Source: the human T2T-CHM13v2.0 reference genome, Homo sapiens
DNA length: 64,000 nt
Assembly (NCBI RefSeq): GCF_009914755.1
Contig: NC_060927.1
Direction: 5' to 3' (one strand)
The translations under genes were made by a program, and so were the position numbers. The stretch's first letter is position 1, and every line of letters starts with the position of its first letter. This document shows, piece after piece, positions 56,037 to 64,000 of the stretch. A model generated the notes under the pieces. That model was not told the DNA's origin, searched no databases, and saw nothing but the letters and a program-made list of their open reading frames with translations.

Positions 56037-56631
56037 ATCTAGATAAAATACTTTATTCCAATCATAACTTTAAAACTGTGTATTAAAAGTATGTGAGAAA
56101 AACTCTTCGTTCTTTGTATTCAACTGAATTCCAATTAACCTTTTGAGAAGATTGTGTTTGCCCAGGTTTTGACAACGTGGCCACTTTCACACAGTACAAA
56201 CTGCAGGGATGTCAATCATCTTTCAGAGAATGTAGGTTGTGCAACGAATCCCAATTATCCAGCATCCATGACAGAGGCTGTGATGGCTTTGCCTGGAATT
56301 TCAAAAATGGTCTCAACTTAAAAGTGACATATTTCATTGTGTTCATTGAAAAACTGATGCCTTATCAGAAAACCTATTTTTTTTACTGCCTCTAGAATAC
56401 TGACCATTGCAAACAGATTTTTAAAGGTTTCATATATACTGTGGACAGTTCTTTCAAAGCCCCAAAACAGAGAAAATTAGTCCAAATTTGCTCTTTGTTG
56501 CAAACATTTTGCACAACATTGGGCTATGTATTTGAATAGTGGTGTTACATAGTAAATTAGCTTTTTGAACTAAAACATTTAAACAAACTTTCTGTGCTTT
56601 TGTTTTGGCTCCATATTTATTTATTGAAACT

Positions 56632-58295
56632 TATTATTATTATTTTTTATTGATAAACCATAATTGTCTACATTTATGAGGTACAGCATGATGTTTTGAT
56701 ATATGTATATATACAATGTGGCATAATTAAATCAAGCTAGTTAACGTGCTTATCACCTTGCTTACCTATTATCTTTATAATACATTTAAAATTTTCTGTT
56801 ATTTAAAAATATATATTATTATTGACTATAGTCACCCTGCTGAGAAACAACTCTCAAAACGTATTACTCTTGTTTATCTGAAACTTCGTACCCTTTGATT
56901 ACCTGTCATCATTCCCTTTCTTCCTAACCCTCCCTACCTGCCACCCTAGCCTCTGCTAACCATTGCTCTACTCTACTTCTATGAATTCAATTTACTTTTT
57001 TAAATTAAATTAAATTTAATTTTAACTTCTGGGAGTGTTCAACTTTATTAGATTTCACATACGGGTGAGACCATGCAGTATTTGTCTTTCTGTGCTTGAC
57101 TTATTTCACTTAGCTCCATGTCCTCCAAATTCATCCGTGTCATCACAAATGACAGGATTTCCCTCCTTTGTAGGACCGAATAGTATTCCGTCATGTATGT
57201 GTACCCACATTTTCTTTATCCATTCATCTACTGATGGACATTTGGGTTGTTTCCATATCTTGGCTATTGTGAACAATGCTGCAATTAGCATAGCAGTGCA
57301 GATATCCCTTTGACATACTGATTTCAGTTTCTTTGGATATATACCCAGAAGTGAGATTACTGGGTTGAATCATAATTCTATGTTTGGTTTTTCTGGGAAG
57401 CTCCATACCCTGTTTTCATAAAAGCTGTATTAATTTTTATTCTCACCAACAACATATAAAAGTTCAATTTTTCTGCATCCTCTTAATGGTTATCTTTCAT
57501 CTTTTTGATAAAAGCCATTATATCAGATGTGAGGTAATATTTCATTGTGGTTTTAATTTATATTTTTCTAATTAGTGATGCTAAGCATTTTTCCATGTAC
57601 CTATTAGCCATTTGTGTGTCTTCTTTTGAAAAATATCTGGGCCATTTTCTCATTTTTAAGTTATTTGTTTTCTTGTTTTAAGTTGTTTGAGTTTCTTATG
57701 TATTTTGCATAGTAACCCCTTATCAGATGTATAATTTGCAAGTATTTTCTCCTATTCTGTGGGTTGTTTTTTCACTTTGTTAATTATTTCTTTTGCTGTG
57801 CAGAATATTTTAGTTGGATGCCACCCCATTTGTCTATTTTTATTTCATTGCCTGTGCTTCAGGGGTGATATCCAAGAAATGACTGTCTAGACCAATGTCA
57901 TGAAGATTTTCTTCTTTGTTTTCTTTTAGTAGTTTTACAGGTTCAGGTGTCTTCTATGTAAGTCTTTAATTCATTTTGAGTTGATTTTTGTATGTGGTAT
58001 AAGATAAAGGTCTAATTTTATTCTTCTGCATGGGGATATCCAATTTTCCCAACAACAATTATTGAAGAGATTGTCCTTTCCGCATTGTGTATTCTTGGCA
58101 ACTTTGTCAAAAATCAGTTAGCCGTCAAATGCATAGGTTTATTTCTGGGTTTTCTATCTTGCTCCATTGATCAACGTATCTGTTTTTATGCAAGTACCAT
58201 GCAGCTTTGATTACAATCACTTTATAATATGTTTTGAAATCAAGGCATGTGATACTTCCAGCTCTGTTATTTTTGCTCAAGATTGTTTTGGCAAT
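56632..58295 (-). mobile_element. 5'-truncated L1MA 3' end
   Basis: Minus-strand ORFs LIAALFTIAKIWKQPKCPSVDEWIKKMW and [15 protein letters not shown]; L1MA-type 3'UTR. Confidence 0.85.
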
Positions 58296-59809
58296 TCCTA
58301 ACTCAGTGCCCTGACCAACTGTATTGAAATCATCTACAGTGCTGACCATAAATATGGATTTCTGGTTTCTTTCCTCACTCTCAAATCAAGATCTTTCAAG
58401 GTAGTTCTCAATATTTTAATTTTCATCAAAGCCCCCATGTTATTTTTCTATAGCTAGGTGAAAGAACGCCCCCCATCTTTTGTTCCATAGCTGAAAAAAT
58501 AGAAGATGAAATAATTTAAACTATTTGCCTCATATTCTAAAACTAGTAAATATCAGACCTAGAATCAGAGCCTACCTAAGCTTTCTCTCTTAATAATATT
58601 TCTGAAATGACCGTGTCCATTAATAATGTTCAACACCATATACTGAACTAATTAAAGGAGAAAAAAGGACATATTTTAGACACATTTTTAACAATAAAGA
58701 TTTTTAAAAATAGAGTCACTTGAATTAAATTTAATCAGATTATGTTTCCACAGTTACTCTATTTAATCAAGCTTTTACTATCAAACTTTGCAGTAGCATT
58801 CTTCAGAGAACCTTGCAAGCAAGTTCTCTTAAGCACTTCTCTCGAAGGTATATGAGATTTAAATAATGGAAGAAGATACCCATATATTTTTCCCCTGGTA
58901 GTTGAAATCATTTAGATAGTTTTATGTAAATTTTATGCAAATGGAACACATTTTATGCCCCCAAACTTATGGTGATCATAACTACTTTATTCACCAAAAG
59001 TTGGCCTTCAGCAAGATTCTACTGAGGACTGATGATCTATGCAGTCTCCTTCTGCCTGGATTTTTGTGACATTTATCATCATCCTACTTGGATACTCAAA
59101 AGACTTGCAATATGTGAATATAGGACTGAAATAAGACCCTGATTTTCCTTCAACCAAGCCTGAACTACCTACCACAAGCACCTGGGGATCATTTTTTGTA
59201 GTTTCTTCTCTAGTTTCTTAGTACAAATCATCTTGATTCATTTATGTCATAAAGTAATAGACATTCAAATTATAATTTTACTGAGTAAAAAGACACACCC
59301 TGGTATGTATGGAAAGTATTACTAAATTTTATTAGTTTTTAAGAGTGACTGTTTGCCAATAGCTAAATTTAGAAAGAATATGTTCCTAACAGTGCAGCTC
59401 TAGAGAAAATGTTAAGGCGTGATGATTTCATTAATTTTCAGAGCATTACAGCCAGCTGGCAAAGCCTTTTCTATACCATTGTGGCTTACTGCCTTTGAAA
59501 TTACTTTCTTTTCTTAAATTAACCTGACGATGTTAAAGTGACAAAATAGCAATAACGGTGTGATAAAATTGGCCTCTTTGTATAATCTTAAAGTAACTTA
59601 ACTAACTTAAATAATAGTACCCTGAGTTTATGACTGCTGCAGTGTACTCCATAAAAAGAAATTGGTGTTAAGAACATTTACAGAGCCCCATATTAGTTTT
59701 ATTGATAGATAAATAACATTTAAAAATTTGAATCATATGTAAAATAGAAGGAGACTTCTAGCTCAAAAAGAAATTCCCCATTTAAACCCTCAGGACCTAG
59801 TTGTCTCAC

Positions 59810-59995
59810 CTGTGGTGGTGGAAAGAGCACCAAGCTTGGAACCAGAGGGCCCAGGTTCGGGTCACTGTCATCATGTGAGCATGGGCAGGTAAGAGAATTT
59901 CTCTGGGTCTCAGTTTCCACATCTGCAAAATGGGGATACTAATATTAACGCTGCCTTCTTCTCAGGTTGTTATACAAATAAAATAATAAATGTGA
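59810..59995 (+). mobile_element. MIR
   Basis: ctctgggtctcagtttccacatctgcaaaatggggata core. Confidence 0.75.
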
Positions 59996-60249
59996 GTGAC
60001 AACAGAAGAAACATATTCCCAAGATTTCTGAGGAGTTTGTCTCATAGAGAGGAAATAAGTCAGAATGAGTGGTTAGACTTTGTAGAATATGCACATCCTA
60101 CAGTGTGTGCAGGGGAGGGTGCTAAATGAGGACAATAATGTCTGAGCAGCAGCAAGGAAGGGAGGACACAGGGAAAGATAATGTCATGGGAACCATGAGG
60201 ATGGTGCTTCTGGGAAAGAGGGGTTCAGAGGGAATTTTTTTTATAAGGA

Positions 60250-60345
60250 TAATGAATGAATGAATGGTTAGATGTTGGATGGACAAATGGATGGTTGGTT
60301 GAATGGTAGGATGGATGGTTGAATGGTAGGATGGATGGATGGACT
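60250..60345. repeat. (GAAT/GGAT)n simple repeat
   Basis: Direct reading. Confidence 0.8.
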
Positions 60346-61393
60346 AGATAAACCCCTGAACCACCCTGTAAAGAAAACCATCAGTCAAAATCTCCTTTAG
60401 GGTGGCTGTTCAATGGGCAGAGAAGGCCTCAGGGTGGCCCAGAATTCTTCAGGTTTAACATGTAAGTCTTTTGGTCAGTTTTATTTTAAACTTTTGTACA
60501 AATACCAAATATAGCTGTTTCTTGAATATGGACAATGGTGGCTGAGCTGGCTACTTTAGGAGGAGCCTCATTCCGTTGTTGGAAGGCTTGGCTTTCTTTT
60601 AAGTTGAACTGAAATCTTGACCCTGGCAACTGCTACCTTGGGTCCTGAAATCTTGACCCTGGTGACTGTACCTTTGGAGTCACAGAACATTTTCTTCCTT
60701 TTGACATATAGCAACACTTCTCTAAACAGCATGTTCTAGACCTAGATAGGGTGGAGATCTGCATTCTGTTTGTTAGCCCATGATTATCAGCATTTAAAAC
60801 CTCCATAAAACATTACAAGTCATGTTAGACTTATAGTACCGAAAGTTAATTTCTACTTTATCTTTCGGATATTCTCCAATTCATAAACACAAAAAGCAGA
60901 TATACAAGCCATGCACTAGTCAGGGTTTTCAAGATGAGAGCACCACTCAGAATGTTCAAAGTGTCAAGTTATCACAACAGGAATAAACAGGCCACAAAAG
61001 TTTACTTTATCCATGTTGTTTGTGAAGTAGAGTAATACATTAATTTTTAAAAATATAGTAGCTTTCTATATAGTACTATGTTATCATTGAAAAATGGAAT
61101 TTTCATCAAAAACCTATCTTCTACTTTTTCAGTGATATGAAGGAAAAATTCTTTATCCCAGACATTTATCATTCACCCTTTAATATTCATCTACTTCTTT
61201 ATTTATACATCGTTCATTCACCAAGCACTTATCTAATTTCTACTATATACTGGGCATTTGGCTAAGTGCTAGTGCTAGAGGTACTAATTATAATAAGGCA
61301 TGATTTTTGGTCTAAAAGGGTCTGGTCATCAAGTGTCTGAAGTAAGAGGCCAAGATGAGGTGTTAGGAATGAGGATAAGAAAAAGAGTTTGCA

Positions 61394-61733
61394 GGCTGGA
61401 CGCAGTGGCTCACGCTTGTAATCTCAGCACTTTGAGAGGCCCAGGCGGGTGGATCACTTGAGGTCAGGAGTTCGAGACCAGCCTGACCAACATGGTGAAA
61501 CCCCATCTCTACTAAAAATACAAAATTAGTCGGGCATAGTGGCACACGCTTGTAATCCCAGCTACTTGGGAGGCTGAGAGGCAGGAGAATTGCTTGAACT
61601 GGGAAGGCGGAGGCTGCAGTGAGTTGAGATCCCGCCACTGTACTCCAGCCTGGGCAACAACAGTGAAACTCTGTGTCAAAAAAAAAAAAAAAAAAAAAGA
61701 AAGAAAAAGAAAGAAAGAAAAAAGAAAAAAAAA
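61394..61733 (+). mobile_element. AluS (Sq-like) with (A/GAAA)n tail
   Basis: Full dimer; cagcctgaccaacatggtg. Confidence 0.92.
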
Positions 61734-62488
61734 CATAGCAAGTAACCAGTAAGTGAAAGAAGAAAAGGAAAGATTTGTAGTGGGAATAGCAGGGCAATAT
61801 GGAATGTCCACATGGAGCTAGGACCTGCCAGAGCTATAAACCTGTAGCATTGGAAGAATCATATTGCTCTAAATTCTTTATCTACCATAAGAGAAAACAG
61901 AGATTCTGGGGGATATAAGGCAATGGATGATTTCCTCAGGGCTAGGTCATTTCAATCCTTTCCAGTGGTTCGATATAACACCAGATCACCTCATCGTGCT
62001 AGTGGAAGGCATCAGGCAACTGGGAACTACCTATTCCCTATAGGATTTTGTTCTACTGTATTGCCGTATTGCAATGCCATCCATAGTAGCATACTTTTTA
62101 TTTTCTGTTATAAATATATAATCTCATAGAATAAGAATGTATTCTTTCAGCTGCTCATTAGTTGAGTCTAGTTCTCCTCATATAAAGACTTTAAAAAAAA
62201 AAAAAACAAACACCTATTTTAGTAACACTTTCTGGAACATCTTTAATTTTCCAGATGAATTGTTCACTAATTAGTATCCCAGGAGTGTGAGTGCTATAAA
62301 TGATAGATACTCTTTTAATTTTAAAACTAAGATGGCTTGGAGAATTTTTAAATTTAAGTCCCAAGAAAATTTAACAGAAATGCTGATAAAAATGGTATGT
62401 CATTCTATGCTTATGTTCAGTGAAAGAAATCGAATACATTTATTTTTCCCAAATAGTTAAGTTTACAGAGTTTCCTAATAAAGAGTGG

Positions 62489-62859
62489 TGATATAGTCTG
62501 GGTCTGCATCCCCACCCAAATCTCATGTCAAATTGTAATCCCCAGTGTTGGAGGTGGGGCCTGGTGGGAGGGGATTGGATCATGGGGGCAGTTTGCCCCT
62601 CAGTGCTGCTCAGTGATAGTGAGTGAGTGCTCATGAGATTTGTTTGTTTAAAAGTGTGTGGCACCTCTCCCCTCTCTCTCTTCCTTCTGCTCTGGCCTGC
62701 TGCCCCTTCACCTTCCACCATGATTGTAAGTTTCCCAAGGTCTCCCCAGCCATGCTTCTTGTACAGCCTGTGGAACCATGAGCCAATTAAACCTCTTTTC
62801 CTAATAAGTTACCCAGTCTCAGGTATTTCTTTATAGCAGTCTGAGAATAGACTAATACA
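62489..62859 (+). mobile_element. MSTA-like ERVL-MaLR solo LTR
   Basis: tgatatagt...cccacccaaatctcatg...gactaataca; 5-bp TSD agtgg. Confidence 0.9.
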
Positions 62860-64000
62860 AGTGGTATGCCCTAAATTACCATGCAACCTAAAACTTAAAG
62901 GGAGAGATTAAATAAAACAACATTTTTGTTTATTAAAATAACCATCTATTTAAAAATGTTCATTACTTAATAATGACCTATAATATCCATTTAAGCATCA
63001 AATTGGGCAAAAATTATTTACAAAGTTCTACTTTTGTTTCTCTCTTTAAATAAAATATTGGCTTCAGAGCACTCATAAGTTAATAGACCAAAGAGAATTC
63101 TAATCTTTCGATTCTCGGCCTAATTTTCTCCTTTCATTTTCAGTATGAACATAGGGGTTCCAGGTAGACATTGAAACAAAACTTTAGAAGGATTAAAGAA
63201 GGAAGTAAGAGCCAAACAAGGAAAAAATAAGAAACAAAAAAGAATGGGGTAATCTCTCCCATGACAAGCCCTGAATATAAATAAGGGTGCGGTCTTAAAG
63301 TGAGTCATTACTCCATTGCCTACTCCTTTCATGGCAGAGACAGTGATGTCGTGGAATAGAAGCTGTTAAAGAGGCTTTATATAACTATTAGCCTCTGAAA
63401 CAATAGACAGGCAGCAGGGTGTTGTTCCAGAAAATGTTCAAAGAGGAGGAGTAATTTTGTCCTTTACAAATTTAATATCTTCTCTTTTCTCCTATATCAT
63501 TTGGAGGAAGCGCCTTTTTCCTTTTTCTCTTTTTTAAGCAAAATAAGCGTTATGCACTAGTAGGTAGTGAGTGAATTCTCTTTGCCAGCAGGAAGAAAAG
63601 CAATTTTTGAATGCCAAAAATAGCTCCTTTGTGTGAAAATATCACATAGCCCAAGACATTTTTGGGAGAAAGCAAAGATTCATGTTCTGAATTATTGTTT
63701 TTTAAATATACAGGCAGAGAAATGTTAATAATAGAAAAGACAGAAATTGATGGTCATTTCAAAGTCTGAATGTTTATCCTGTTTACGACACACTCAGACT
63801 TTTGTGTGGTCTCAGTCATAATTCCTCTCCCAGGCTATGTCTCTAGGAGATAGGTATTCCTAATCATTCTGTTTGGGTCAAGACATTTTATTCCTTCCCT
63901 ACCTTTTACTACTTGTTCCTATGCAACATTACAAACCAGCAAAGTATGAACTGACCTGGATATAGGAGATGGCCCTAGAGCTGCAGACAGAATTAAAAAT

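Overview
Repeat-rich primate intronic or intergenic DNA; a full-length SVA_D-like element points to human or another great ape. I find no recognisable protein-coding exon, RNA gene or CRISPR. Nearly all recognisable ORFs in the track are decayed L1 ORF1/ORF2 pieces or translated Alu, SVA, LTR and simple-repeat sequence. Main content: two full-length degenerate L1s (L1PA8-like 298-6675; L1PA7-like 42714-49926), a full-length SVA (25936-27504, -), an SVA2 element nested in the second L1, two MER52 solo LTRs, MLT1A, MST and LTR33-like LTRs, 14 Alus plus a FLAM, older L1M/L2/MIR fragments and several DNA-transposon fossils. The most unusual structure is a ~360-bp inverted duplication inside the L1PA7 5'UTR. 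It flips the antisense-promoter/ORF0 region into sense orientation and makes a long hairpin. Other notable items are the SVA2 insertion and several templated-insertion or fold-back scars. I see no convincing new biological system. Subfamily names come from remembered consensus sequences and need RepeatMasker/Dfam confirmation; edges of old repeats are approximate.
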